Positions 8,878 to 19,036 of a stretch of 64,000 nt of DNA are shown here, piece after piece (position 1 is the stretch's first letter; the number at the start of each line of letters is the position of its first letter). The DNA lies in the sequence record MT968995.1; one strand, 5' to 3'. The notes beneath the pieces are model-generated. The model had not been told where the DNA came from. It ran no database searches and was given only the letters and a program-made list of their open reading frames with translations. The stretch comes from Escherichia phage vB_EcoM_WL-3. The position numbers and the translations under genes were made by a program.

Positions 8878-8885
8878 TATTTATA
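8878..8885 (-). promoter_or_regulatory. T4 late promoter TATAAATA for gene 4
   Basis: Exact TATAAATA on minus strand 27 nt upstream of gp4 ATG. Confidence 0.6.
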
Positions 8886-8898
8886 AACAGGAGGGCCC

Positions 8899-9489
8899 AT
8901 GCTCTTTACATTTTTTGATCCGATTGAATATGCGGCCAAAACGGTGAATAAAAACGCGCCGACTATTCCTATGACAGATATTTTTAGAAACTATAAAGAC
9001 TATTTTAAACGCGCTCTTGCGGGATACCGCTTACGTACTTATTATATCAAAGGTTCACCACGCCCGGAAGAATTAGCAAATACTATATATGGAAATCCAC
9101 AGTTGTATTGGGTTTTATTGATGTGTAATGATAATTATGACCCGTATTATGGATGGATTACTTCACAAGAAGCAGCTTATCAAGCATCTATACAAAAATA
9201 CAAAAATGTAGGTGGAGACCAAATAGTATATCATGTGAATGAGAACGGTGAAAAATTTTATAATTTAATATCATACGATGATAATCCATATGTTTGGTAT
9301 GATAAAGGTGATAAAGCTAGAAAATATCCTCAATATGAAGGAGCACTTGCTGCTGTTAATACGTATGAAGATGCTGTTCTTGAAAATGAAAAACTTCGTC
9401 AAATAAAAATAATAGCAAAATCAGACATTAATTCATTTATGAACGACCTTATACGTATAATGGAGAAATCTTATGGAAATGATAAGTAA
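8899..9489 (+). CDS. 53: gp53 baseplate wedge protein
   Basis: 196 aa as in T4; directly upstream of and overlapping gene 5. Confidence 0.85.
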   Translation: MLFTFFDPIEYAAKTVNKNAPTIPMTDIFRNYKDYFKRALAGYRLRTYYIKGSPRPEELANTIYGNPQLYWVLLMCNDNYDPYYGWITSQEAAYQASIQKYKNVGGDQIVYHVNENGEKFYNLISYDDNPYVWYDKGDKARKYPQYEGALAAVNTYEDAVLENEKLRQIKIIAKSDINSFMNDLIRIMEKSYGNDK

Positions 9490-11200
9490 TAACCTTAATT
9501 GGTTTGTTGGTGTTGTTGAAGATAGAATGGACCCATTAAAATTAGGTCGTGTTCGTGTTCGTGTGGTTGGTCTGCATCCACCTCAAAGAGCACAAGGCGA
9601 TGTAATGGGTATTCCAACTGAAAAATTACCATGGATGTCAGTTATTCAACCTATAACTTCTGCAGCAATGTCTGGAATTGGAGGTTCTGTTACTGGACCG
9701 GTAGAAGGAACTAGAGTTTATGGTCATTTTTTAGACAAATGGAAAACTAACGGAATTGTCCTTGGCACGTATGGTGGAATAGTTCGCGAAAAACCGAATA
9801 GACTTGAAGGATTTTCTGACCCAACTGGGCAATATCCTAGACGTTTAGGAAATGATACTAATGTATTAAACCAAGGCGGAGAAGTAGGATATGATTCGTC
9901 TTCTAACATTATCCAAGATAGTAACTTAGACACTGCAATAAATCCCGATGATAGACCACTATCAGAGATTCCAACCGATGATAATCCAAATATGTCAATG
10001 GCTGACATGCTTCGCCGTGATGAAGGATTAAGACTAAAAGTTTATTGGGATACTGAAGGATATCCGACAATTGGTATTGGTCATCTTATCATGAAGCAGC
10101 CAGTTCGTGATATGGCTCAAATTAATAAAGTTTTATCAAAACAAGTTGGTCGTGAAATTACTGGAAACCCAGGTTCTATTACGATGGAAGAGGCGACGAC
10201 TTTATTTGAACGTGATTTGGCTGATATGCAACGGGACATTAAATCACATTCTAAAGTAGGACCAGTCTGGCAAGCTGTCAACCGTTCTCGTCAAATGGCG
10301 TTAGAAAATATGGCATTTCAAATGGGTGTTGGCGGTGTAGCTAAATTTAACACAATGTTAACTGCTATGTTAGCCGGAGATTGGGAAAAAGCATATAAAG
10401 CCGGTCGTGATTCATTGTGGTATCAACAAACAAAAGGCCGTGCATCCCGTGTTACCATGATTATTCTTACGGGGAATTTGGAATCATATGGTGTTGAAGT
10501 GAAAACCCCAGCTAGGTCTCTATCAGCAATGGCTGCTACTGTAGCTAAATCTTCTGACCCGGCTGACCCTCCTATTCCAAATGACTCGAGAATTTTATTC
10601 AAAGAACCAGTTTCTTCATATAAAGGTGAATATCCTTATGTGCATACAATGGAAACTGAAAGCGGACATATTCAGGAATTTGATGATACTCCTGGGCAAG
10701 AACGATACAGATTAGTTCATCCGACTGGAACTTATGAAGAAGTATCACCGTCAGGAAGAAGAACAAGAAAAACTGTCGATAATTTGTATGATATAACCAA
10801 CGCTGATGGTAATTTTTTGGTAGCCGGTGATAAAAAGACTAACGTCGGTGGATCAGAAATTTATTACAACATGGATAATCGTCTTCACCAAATAGATGGA
10901 AGCAATACAATATTTGTACGTGGCGATGAAACTAAGACAGTTGAAGGCAATGGAACTATCCTAGTTAAAGGTAATGTTACTATTGTAGTTGAAGGTAATG
11001 CTGACATTACAGTTAAAGGAGATGCTACCACTTTAGTTGAAGGAAATCAAACTAACACAGTAAATGGAAATCTTTCTTGGAAAGTTGCTGGGACAGTTGA
11101 TTGGGACGTTGGTGGTGATTGGACAGAAAAAATGGCATCTATGAGTTCTATTTCATCTGGTCAATACACAATTGATGGATCGAGGATTGACATTGGCTAA
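9473..11200 (+). CDS. 5: gp5 baseplate hub spike with tail lysozyme domain
   Basis: 575 aa; lysozyme motif DTEGYPTIGIGHL; C-terminal VxGxxxxx beta-helix repeats. Confidence 0.95.
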   Translation: MEMISNNLNWFVGVVEDRMDPLKLGRVRVRVVGLHPPQRAQGDVMGIPTEKLPWMSVIQPITSAAMSGIGGSVTGPVEGTRVYGHFLDKWKTNGIVLGTYGGIVREKPNRLEGFSDPTGQYPRRLGNDTNVLNQGGEVGYDSSSNIIQDSNLDTAINPDDRPLSEIPTDDNPNMSMADMLRRDEGLRLKVYWDTEGYPTIGIGHLIMKQPVRDMAQINKVLSKQVGREITGNPGSITMEEATTLFERDLADMQRDIKSHSKVGPVWQAVNRSRQMALENMAFQMGVGGVAKFNTMLTAMLAGDWEKAYKAGRDSLWYQQTKGRASRVTMIILTGNLESYGVEVKTPARSLSAMAATVAKSSDPADPPIPNDSRILFKEPVSSYKGEYPYVHTMETESGHIQEFDDTPGQERYRLVHPTGTYEEVSPSGRRTRKTVDNLYDITNADGNFLVAGDKKTNVGGSEIYYNMDNRLHQIDGSNTIFVRGDETKTVEGNGTILVKGNVTIVVEGNADITVKGDATTLVEGNQTNTVNGNLSWKVAGTVDWDVGGDWTEKMASMSSISSGQYTIDGSRIDIG

Positions 11201-11729
11201 TATACTTCCAATGAGCGCTGATTTAGGAGAATCCATGGAAGGTTCTTCTATTGACGTCACCTTTACCGCTCAATTAGAAACAGGTGAAACGTTAGTATCT
11301 ATAAATATAACTAGTTACGAAGAAACTCCTGGGGTTTTAGTAGAAGAAAATCGCTTATACGGAACATATGAATCTGTGTTTGGATTTGGAAATGACGCGT
11401 TGAAATATCGTTTAGGCGATGAATTTAAAACTGCTGCTTCATGGGAAGAACTTCCTACTGATTCTGATACTCAGTTGTATTTATGGAAAGCTCCTCAAAA
11501 CCTCCAGAAGACATTCACTTACGAAGTAACATTAATATATGACTATCAAGAACAAAGTGAATCTGGAGGTTCTGGTAGTAATTCTAGGTCATCTTCTGAT
11601 ACTACTGAACCAACGGATCCTCCTGCTCCAATAAGAAAAACTCTTGTTAAAAATTACACAAAAACTATAGTTGGAAATTGGAGTCGTTGGGCTAATAAAT
11701 TAAGAAGCTATGTGTATGAGAGGTCATAG
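11175..11729 (+). CDS. gp5.1-like protein
   Basis: ORF between genes 5 and 5.4; track start is TTG so first ATG used; start uncertain. Confidence 0.55.
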
Positions 11730-12023
11730 ATGTCAGGATTAAGTTATGATAAGTGTGTTACTGCTGGCCATGAAGCATGGCCTCCAACAGTTGTGAATGC
11801 TACGCAAAGTAAAGTATTCACTGGAGGAATTGCTGTTCTCGTAGCAGGTGATCCAATTACAGAACATACAGAAATTAAAAAGCCATATGAAACACATGGC
11901 GGAGTGACACAACCTAGAACTTCTAAGGTATATGTCACTGGAAAGAAAGCTGTTCAAATGGCTGATCCAATATCATGCGGTGATACTGTGGCTCAGGCAT
12001 CATCTAAAGTATTCATTAAATAG
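11730..12023 (+). CDS. 5.4: gp5.4 PAAR-repeat spike tip protein
   Basis: 97 aa, Gly/Val-rich PAAR-like sequence, immediately after gene 5 region. Confidence 0.8.
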
Positions 12024-12031
12024 GATTTAAA

Positions 12032-14014
12032 ATGGCAAATACCCCTGTAAATTATCAATTAACAAGAACAGCAAATGCTATTCCCGAGATATTCGTCGGG
12101 GGTACGTTTGCTGAAATAAAACAAAACCTCATTGAATGGCTTAATGGCCAAAATGAATTTTTGGATTATGATTTTGAAGGCTCAAGATTAAACGTTCTGT
12201 GTGACCTTTTAGCTTATAATACATTGTACATTCAACAGTTTGGTAATGCTGCTGTGTATGAAAGCTTTATGCGTACTGCTAACTTACGAAGTTCAGTTGT
12301 TCAAGCTGCACAAGATAACGGATATTTACCTACTTCAAAATCCGCTGCGCAGACCGAAATTATGTTAACATGCACCGACGCATTGAATAGGAATTACATT
12401 ACTATTCCTCGCGGAACTCGCTTTTTAGCATATGCAAAAGATACTTCTGTTAATCCATATAACTTCGTTTCTACCGAAGACGTTATTGCTATTCGTGATA
12501 AAAATAACCAATATTTTCCGCGTTTAAAATTGGCCCAGGGACGTATAGTAAGAACTGAAATCATTTATGATAAATTAACACCTATTATCATTTATGATAA
12601 AAATATTGATAGAAACCAGGTTAAATTATATGTTGATGGAGCGGAATGGATTAACTGGACGAGAAAGTCAATGGTTCATGCTGGTTCAACATCAACGATT
12701 TACTATATGCGTGAAACTATTGATGGAAACACTGAATTCTATTTTGGTGAAGGTGAAATTTCTGTTAATGCTTCTGAAGGAGCTTTGACCGCTAATTATA
12801 TCGGAGGTCTCAAACCTACTCAGAACTCTACGATTGTTATTGAGTACATTAGTACTAATGGTGCTGACGCGAACGGAGCAGTCGGATTTTCATACGCAGA
12901 TACATTAACAAATATAACTATCATCAATATTAATGAAAATCCAAACGGTGACCCAGATTTTGTTGGGGCAGATGGAGGCGGTGATCCAGAAGATATTGAG
13001 CGTATTCGCGAATTGGGTACTATTAAACGCGAAACCCAGCAACGATGCGTAACTGCGACTGACTACGATACATTCGTTTCAGAGAGATTTGGTTCTATTA
13101 TTCAGGCAGTTCAGACTTTCACTGATTCTACTAAACCTGGGTATGCATTTATTGCTGCTAAACCTAAATCAGGTTTGTATTTAACTACCGTACAGCGTGA
13201 AGATATTAAAAATTATCTCAAAGACTATAATTTAGCTCCTATTACGCCATCAATTATTTCTCCTAATTATCTTTTTATTAAGACTAATTTAAAAGTCACG
13301 TATGCTTTAAATAAACTGCAAGAATCCGAGCAGTGGCTTGAAGGTCAAATAATTGATAAAATTGATCGCTATTATACCGAAGATGTAGAAATTTTTAACT
13401 CATCTTTCGCTAAATCTAAGATGTTAACTTATGTAGATGATGCAGATCATTCTGTCATCGGTTCATCGGCGACTATTCAAATGGTTCGTGAAGTACAAAA
13501 CTTCTATAAAACACCTGAAGCAGGTATTAAATACAATAATCAAATAAAAGATCGTTCTATGGAATCTAATACGTTTTCATTTAATTCTGGACGAAAGGTT
13601 GTAAATCCTGATACTGGTTTAGAAGAAGATGTATTATATGATGTTCGTATAGTATCAACAGACCGAGATTCTAAAGGAATTGGTAAAGTTATTATTGGTC
13701 CATTTGCTTCTGGCGATGTTACTGAAAATGAAAACATTCAGCCATATACAGGCAATGATTTTAATAAATTAGCAAATTCTGATGGACGCGACAAATACTA
13801 TGTTATCGGTGAAATAAATTATCCGGCTGACATGATTTATTGGAATATCGCTAAAATTAATTTAACATCTGAAAAATTTGAGGTTCAGACTATTGAATTA
13901 TATTCTGACCCAACCGATGATGTTATCTTTACCCGTGATGGTTCACTGATTGTATTTGAAAATGATTTACGTCCGCAATACTTAACTATCGATTTGGAGC
14001 CTATATCACAATGA
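12032..14014 (+). CDS. 6: gp6 baseplate wedge protein
   Basis: 660 aa as in T4; synteny. Confidence 0.9.
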   Translation: MANTPVNYQLTRTANAIPEIFVGGTFAEIKQNLIEWLNGQNEFLDYDFEGSRLNVLCDLLAYNTLYIQQFGNAAVYESFMRTANLRSSVVQAAQDNGYLPTSKSAAQTEIMLTCTDALNRNYITIPRGTRFLAYAKDTSVNPYNFVSTEDVIAIRDKNNQYFPRLKLAQGRIVRTEIIYDKLTPIIIYDKNIDRNQVKLYVDGAEWINWTRKSMVHAGSTSTIYYMRETIDGNTEFYFGEGEISVNASEGALTANYIGGLKPTQNSTIVIEYISTNGADANGAVGFSYADTLTNITIININENPNGDPDFVGADGGGDPEDIERIRELGTIKRETQQRCVTATDYDTFVSERFGSIIQAVQTFTDSTKPGYAFIAAKPKSGLYLTTVQREDIKNYLKDYNLAPITPSIISPNYLFIKTNLKVTYALNKLQESEQWLEGQIIDKIDRYYTEDVEIFNSSFAKSKMLTYVDDADHSVIGSSATIQMVREVQNFYKTPEAGIKYNNQIKDRSMESNTFSFNSGRKVVNPDTGLEEDVLYDVRIVSTDRDSKGIGKVIIGPFASGDVTENENIQPYTGNDFNKLANSDGRDKYYVIGEINYPADMIYWNIAKINLTSEKFEVQTIELYSDPTDDVIFTRDGSLIVFENDLRPQYLTIDLEPISQ

Positions 14015-17000
14015 CAGTAAAAGCACCTTCAGTCACTAGTCTCAGAATTTCCAAGTTATCCGCAAATCAGGTGCAAGTACGCTGGGATGACGTTGGTGCT
14101 AATTTCTACTATTTTGTAGAAATCGCTGAGACAAAAACAGACTCGGGGGAAAATCTCCCGAGTGATCAATATCGTTGGATTAATTTAGGATATACAGCAA
14201 ACAATAGTTTCTTTTTTGATGATGCTGATCCACTAACATCATACATCATTAGAGTAGCTACAGCTGCACAAGATTTTGAGCAATCTGATTGGGTTTATAC
14301 GGAAGAGTTTGAAACTTTTGCTACGAATGCTTACACATTTCAAAACATGATTGAAATGCAATTAGCCAATAAATTCATTCAGGAAAAATTTACTCTTAAC
14401 AATTCTAATTATGTCAATTTTAATAATGACACTATAATGGCTGCATTGATGAATGAATCGTTCCAATTCAGCCCATCATATGTTGATGTTTCATCAATCA
14501 GTAATTTTATTATTGGTGAAAATGAGTATCATGAAATACAAGGTTCCATTCAGCAAGTATGTAAGGATATTAACCGAGTTTATTTGATGGAATCAGAAGG
14601 GATTCTATATCTTTTTGAGCGTTATCAACCCGTGGTTAAAGTATCTAATGATAAAGGACAAACCTGGAAAGCTGTAAAACTCTTCAATGACCGCGTAGGA
14701 TATCCTTTATCTAAGACAGTATATTACCAATCTGCAAACACAACATACGTTCTAGGATACGACAAGATTTTCTATGGCCGCAAATCTACTGATGTTAGAT
14801 GGTCAGCTGATGATGTCAGATTTAGTTCGCAGGATATAACATTTGCTAAACTTGGCGACCAATTACATCTAGGATTTGATGTAGAAATTTTTGCCACTTA
14901 CGCGACTTTGCCAGCTAATGTATACCGCATTGCAGAAGCTATTACTTGCACCGATGATTACATTTACGTTGTCGCCAGAGACAAAGTTAGATACATAAAA
15001 ACGAGTAATGCACCTATAGATTCTGACCCATTATCTCCAACATATTCGGAAAGGCTATTTGAACCTGATACGATGACTATAACTGGAAATCCTAAAGCAG
15101 TATGTTATAAAATGGATTCTATTGGTGATAAAGTTTTCGCTCTTATTGTTGGAGAAGTTGAAACATTAAATGCTAATCCTAGAACATCAAAAATAATTGA
15201 TTCTGCCGATAAAGGAATATATGTTTTAAATCATGCCACGAAAACATGGAAAAGAGTTTTTGGCAACACTGAAGAAGAAAGAAGACGTATTCAACCTGGA
15301 TATGCGAATATGTCAACTGATGGTAAATTAGTTTCTCTGTCTTCGAGTAATTTTAAATTTTTAAGTGATAACATTGTTAATGACCCTGAAACTGCAGCGA
15401 AATATCAGTTAATCGGTGCTGTTAAATATGAATTTCCTCGTGAATGGCTAGCTGATAAGCATTATCATATGATGGCATTTATAGCAGATGAAAAATCTGA
15501 TTGGGAAACTTTTACGCCTCAACCGATGAAATATTATGCAGAACCATTCTTTAACTGGTCTAAAAAATCTAACACACGTTGTTGGATAAACAACTCTGAC
15601 AGAGCTGTAGTAGTTTATGCTGATTTAAAATACACTAAAGTTATAGAAAATATTCCGGAAACATCGCCAGATAGATTAGTTCATGAATACTGGGATGATG
15701 GTGATTGCACGATAGTAATGCCAAATGTTAAATTCACGGGATTTAAAAAATACGCATCTGGGATGCTTTTTTATAAGTCTTCTGGTGAAATAATTTCTTA
15801 CTATGATTTTAACTATCGAGTGAGAGACACGGTTGAAATAATTTGGAAGCCAACTGGAATATTTTTAAAAGCATTTTTACAAAACCAAGAGCGTGAAACT
15901 CCTTGGTCACCAGAAGAAGAGCATGGATTAGCTGACCCTGATTTAAGACCATTGATTGGCACAATGATGCCTGATTCTTATTTACTACAAGATTCGAATT
16001 TTGAGGCATTTTGCGAAGCATATATTCAATATCTTTCTGATGGATATGGAACTCAGTATAACAATTTACGAAATTTAATTCGTAACAAATATCCACGAGA
16101 AGAGCATGCATGGGAATATTTGTGGTCAGAGATATATAAAAGAAACATTTATTTAAATGCTGACAAACGTGATGCTGTTGCAAGATTTTTTGAATCACGT
16201 AGCTATGATTTTTATTCTACTAAAGGAATTGAAGCATCATACAAATTTCTTTTTAAAGTTCTTTATAATGAAGAAGTTGAAATTGAAATTGAATCTGGGG
16301 CTGGTACTGAATATGATATAATCATTCAATCTGATTCTTTGACTGAAGACTTAGTAGGACAAACGATTTATACAGCTACAGGAAGATGTAATGTTACTTA
16401 TATAGAAAGAAGCTATTCTAATGGTAAATTGCAATGGACTGTAACTATTCATAATCTTTTGGGAAGATTAATTGCCGGTCAAGAAGTTAAAGCAGAAAGA
16501 CTCCCTAGTTTCGAAGGCGAAATTATTCGCGGGGTTAAAGGAAAGGATTTGCTTCAAAATAATATAGACTATATTAATAGAAGTCGATCATATTATGTAA
16601 TGAAAATTAAATCCAATTTACCTTCTTCCCGCTGGAAATCTGACGTTATTCGTTTTGTTCATCCAGTAGGATTTGGATTTATAGCAATTACCCTTTTAAC
16701 AATGTTTATTAATGTTGGTTTAACTCTTAAACATACGGAGACTATAATTAATAAATACAAAAACTACAAGTGGGATTCTGGATTGCCTACTGAATATGCT
16801 GATAGAGTAGCTAAATTAACTCCAACTGGTGAAATTGAACATGATTCAGTAACAGGAGAAGCAATTTATGAACCTGGCCCAATGGCTGGTGTAAAATATC
16901 CTCTTCCTAATGACTATAATGCTGAAAATAATAATTCAATATTTCAAGGTCAATTGCCTTCTGAACGACGCAAGTTAATGAGTCCTCTATTTGACGCATC

Positions 17001-17109
17001 TGGAACAACATTTGCACAGTTTAGGGATTTAGTTAATAAACGTCTAAAAGATAATATAGGAAATCCAAGAGACCCTGAAAATCCAACACAGGTTAAAATA
17101 GATGAATGA
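14011..17109 (+). CDS. 7: gp7 baseplate wedge initiator
   Basis: 1032 aa as in T4; start overlaps gp6 stop. Confidence 0.9.
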   Translation: MTVKAPSVTSLRISKLSANQVQVRWDDVGANFYYFVEIAETKTDSGENLPSDQYRWINLGYTANNSFFFDDADPLTSYIIRVATAAQDFEQSDWVYTEEFETFATNAYTFQNMIEMQLANKFIQEKFTLNNSNYVNFNNDTIMAALMNESFQFSPSYVDVSSISNFIIGENEYHEIQGSIQQVCKDINRVYLMESEGILYLFERYQPVVKVSNDKGQTWKAVKLFNDRVGYPLSKTVYYQSANTTYVLGYDKIFYGRKSTDVRWSADDVRFSSQDITFAKLGDQLHLGFDVEIFATYATLPANVYRIAEAITCTDDYIYVVARDKVRYIKTSNAPIDSDPLSPTYSERLFEPDTMTITGNPKAVCYKMDSIGDKVFALIVGEVETLNANPRTSKIIDSADKGIYVLNHATKTWKRVFGNTEEERRRIQPGYANMSTDGKLVSLSSSNFKFLSDNIVNDPETAAKYQLIGAVKYEFPREWLADKHYHMMAFIADEKSDWETFTPQPMKYYAEPFFNWSKKSNTRCWINNSDRAVVVYADLKYTKVIENIPETSPDRLVHEYWDDGDCTIVMPNVKFTGFKKYASGMLFYKSSGEIISYYDFNYRVRDTVEIIWKPTGIFLKAFLQNQERETPWSPEEEHGLADPDLRPLIGTMMPDSYLLQDSNFEAFCEAYIQYLSDGYGTQYNNLRNLIRNKYPREEHAWEYLWSEIYKRNIYLNADKRDAVARFFESRSYDFYSTKGIEASYKFLFKVLYNEEVEIEIESGAGTEYDIIIQSDSLTEDLVGQTIYTATGRCNVTYIERSYSNGKLQWTVTIHNLLGRLIAGQEVKAERLPSFEGEIIRGVKGKDLLQNNIDYINRSRSYYVMKIKSNLPSSRWKSDVIRFVHPVGFGFIAITLLTMFINVGLTLKHTETIINKYKNYKWDSGLPTEYADRVAKLTPTGEIEHDSVTGEAIYEPGPMAGVKYPLPNDYNAENNNSIFQGQLPSERRKLMSPLFDASGTTFAQFRDLVNKRLKDNIGNPRDPENPTQVKIDE

Positions 17110-18106
17110 TTCAAGTGTTATCTATCGTGCGATAGTTACTTCAAAATTTAGAACAGAAAAAATGTTGAATTTTTATAATTCAATTGGAAGTGGTCCGGAT
17201 AAAAACACTATCTTTATTACATTTGGAAGATCAGAACCGTGGTCATCAAACGAAAATGAGGTGGGATTTGCCCCACCTTATCCCACCGATTCTGTATTAG
17301 GTGTAACTGACATGTGGACTCATATGATGGGAACCGTGAAGGTTCTTCCATCTATGCTTGATGCAGTTATTCCTCGTCGAGATTGGGGAGATACTAGATA
17401 TCCGGATCCATACACATTTAGAATTAACGATATTGTAGTGTGTAACTCAGCTCCTTACAACGCTACCGAATCAGGCGCAGGCTGGTTAGTATATCGTTGT
17501 TTAGATGTTCCTGATACCGGAATGTGCTCAATTGAGTCTTTAACTAATAAGGATGAATGCCTTAAGCTAGGTGGAAAATGGACTCCTTCTGTTAGGTCAA
17601 TGACTCCTCCTGAAGGTCGAGGAGACGCGGAAGGAACAATCGAACCTGGAGACGGGTATGTATGGGAATATCTTTTTGAGATTCCGCCTGATGTATCTAT
17701 AAACAGATGCACGAATGAATATATCGTGGTTCCTTGGCCTGAGGAATTAAAAGAAGATCCGACTAGATGGGGGTATGAAGATAACCTCACCTGGCAGCAA
17801 GATGATTTTGGATTAATTTACCGAGTTAAGGCAAATACTATTCGTTTTAAAGCATACTTAGATTCAGTTTATTTTCCTGAAGCTGCATTGCCAGGAAATA
17901 AAGGATTTAGACAAATATCGATAATCACGAATCCTCTTGAAGCTAAAGCTCATCCAAATGACCCAAACGTTAAAGCTGAAAAGGATTACTATGATCCGGA
18001 AGATTTAATGAGGCATTCGGGCGAAATGATTTATATGGAAAATAGGCCACCTATTATTATGGCAATGGATCAAACAGAAGAAATCAATATTCTGTTTACA
18101 TTTTAA
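17102..18106 (+). CDS. 8: gp8 baseplate wedge protein
   Basis: 334 aa as in T4; overlapping start. Confidence 0.9.
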   Translation: MNDSSVIYRAIVTSKFRTEKMLNFYNSIGSGPDKNTIFITFGRSEPWSSNENEVGFAPPYPTDSVLGVTDMWTHMMGTVKVLPSMLDAVIPRRDWGDTRYPDPYTFRINDIVVCNSAPYNATESGAGWLVYRCLDVPDTGMCSIESLTNKDECLKLGGKWTPSVRSMTPPEGRGDAEGTIEPGDGYVWEYLFEIPPDVSINRCTNEYIVVPWPEELKEDPTRWGYEDNLTWQQDDFGLIYRVKANTIRFKAYLDSVYFPEAALPGNKGFRQISIITNPLEAKAHPNDPNVKAEKDYYDPEDLMRHSGEMIYMENRPPIIMAMDQTEEINILFTF

Positions 18107-18110
18107 ATTA

Positions 18111-18135
18111 AGGGAGCCCATGGGCTCCCTTTTTC
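18111..18135 (+). terminator. rho-independent terminator after gene 8
   Basis: Perfect palindrome gggagcccatgggctccc followed by TTTTT. Confidence 0.7.
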
Positions 18136-18137
18136 TT

Positions 18138-18145
18138 TATAAATA
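18138..18145 (+). promoter_or_regulatory. T4 late promoter TATAAATA for gene 9
   Basis: Exact TATAAATA 25 nt upstream of gp9 ATG. Confidence 0.6.
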
Positions 18146-18169
18146 CTATAAACTCATAAGGAAACCGCT

Positions 18170-19036
18170 ATGTTCATTCAAGAACCAAAGAAATTGATTG
18201 ATACCGGCGAAATTGGTAACGCTTCTACTGGTGATATCTTATTCGACGGTGGTAATAAAATTAATAGTGATTTTAACGCAATTTATAACGCGTTTGGCGA
18301 TCAGCGTAAAATGGCAGTAGCAAATGGCACTGGTGCTAACGGCCAAATTATCCATGCTACTGGATATTATCAAAAACACTCTATTGCAGAGTACGCAACT
18401 CCAGTAAAAGTTGGTACTAGACATGATATTGATACCTCTACTGTTGGTGTTAAAGTTATCATTGAAAGAGGCGAACTTGGCGACTGCGTTGAATTTATTA
18501 ACTCAAATGGATCAATATCAGTTACTAATCCTTTAACGATTCAAGCTATTGATTCAATTAAAGGCGTTTCAGGTAATTTGGTAGTAACTAGCCCATATAG
18601 TAAAGTAACTTTGCGCTGTATTTCATCTGATAATTCTACGTCAGTTTGGAATTATTCTATTGAAAGTATGTTTGGCCAAAAGGAATCACCGGCCGAAGGT
18701 ACATGGAATATTTCTACGTCTGGATCAGTTGACATTCCGCTATTTCATCGTACTGAATATAACATGGCTAAATTGTTAGTTACATGCCAATCAGTAGATG
18801 GAAGAAAAATTAAAACAGCAGAAATAAATATTCTTGTAGATACTGTTAATTCAGAGGTCATTTCTTCTGAATATGCTGTCATGCGAGTTGGGAATGAAAC
18901 CGAAGAAGACGAAATCGCTAATATTGCATTTAGTATTAAAACAAATTATGTAACAGCGACTATAAGTTCTTCAACTGTCGGTATGAGAGCAGCAGTTAAA
19001 GTTATCGCTACGCAGAAAATCGGGGTGGCTCAATAA
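18170..19036 (+). CDS. 9: gp9 baseplate wedge / long tail fibre socket
   Basis: 288 aa as in T4. Confidence 0.9.
   Translation: MFIQEPKKLIDTGEIGNASTGDILFDGGNKINSDFNAIYNAFGDQRKMAVANGTGANGQIIHATGYYQKHSIAEYATPVKVGTRHDIDTSTVGVKVIIERGELGDCVEFINSNGSISVTNPLTIQAIDSIKGVSGNLVVTSPYSKVTLRCISSDNSTSVWNYSIESMFGQKESPAEGTWNISTSGSVDIPLFHRTEYNMAKLLVTCQSVDGRKIKTAEINILVDTVNSEVISSEYAVMRVGNETEEDEIANIAFSIKTNYVTATISSSTVGMRAAVKVIATQKIGVAQ

Noticed and set aside
10900-11100. Periodic repeats (GTTGAAGGTAATG...) resembling a repeat array
   Set aside because: They are in frame within gp5 and encode its VxGxxxxx beta-helix; no CRISPR-like spacers or leader
15809-16198. 129-aa antisense ORF inside gene 7
   Set aside because: Embedded antisense in a well-supported 1032-aa structural gene; similar short antisense ORFs inside genes 5, 6, 8, 10, 11, 12, 17, 22, 23, 24, uvsW, 29, 48, 54, alt and 30 were rejected likewise
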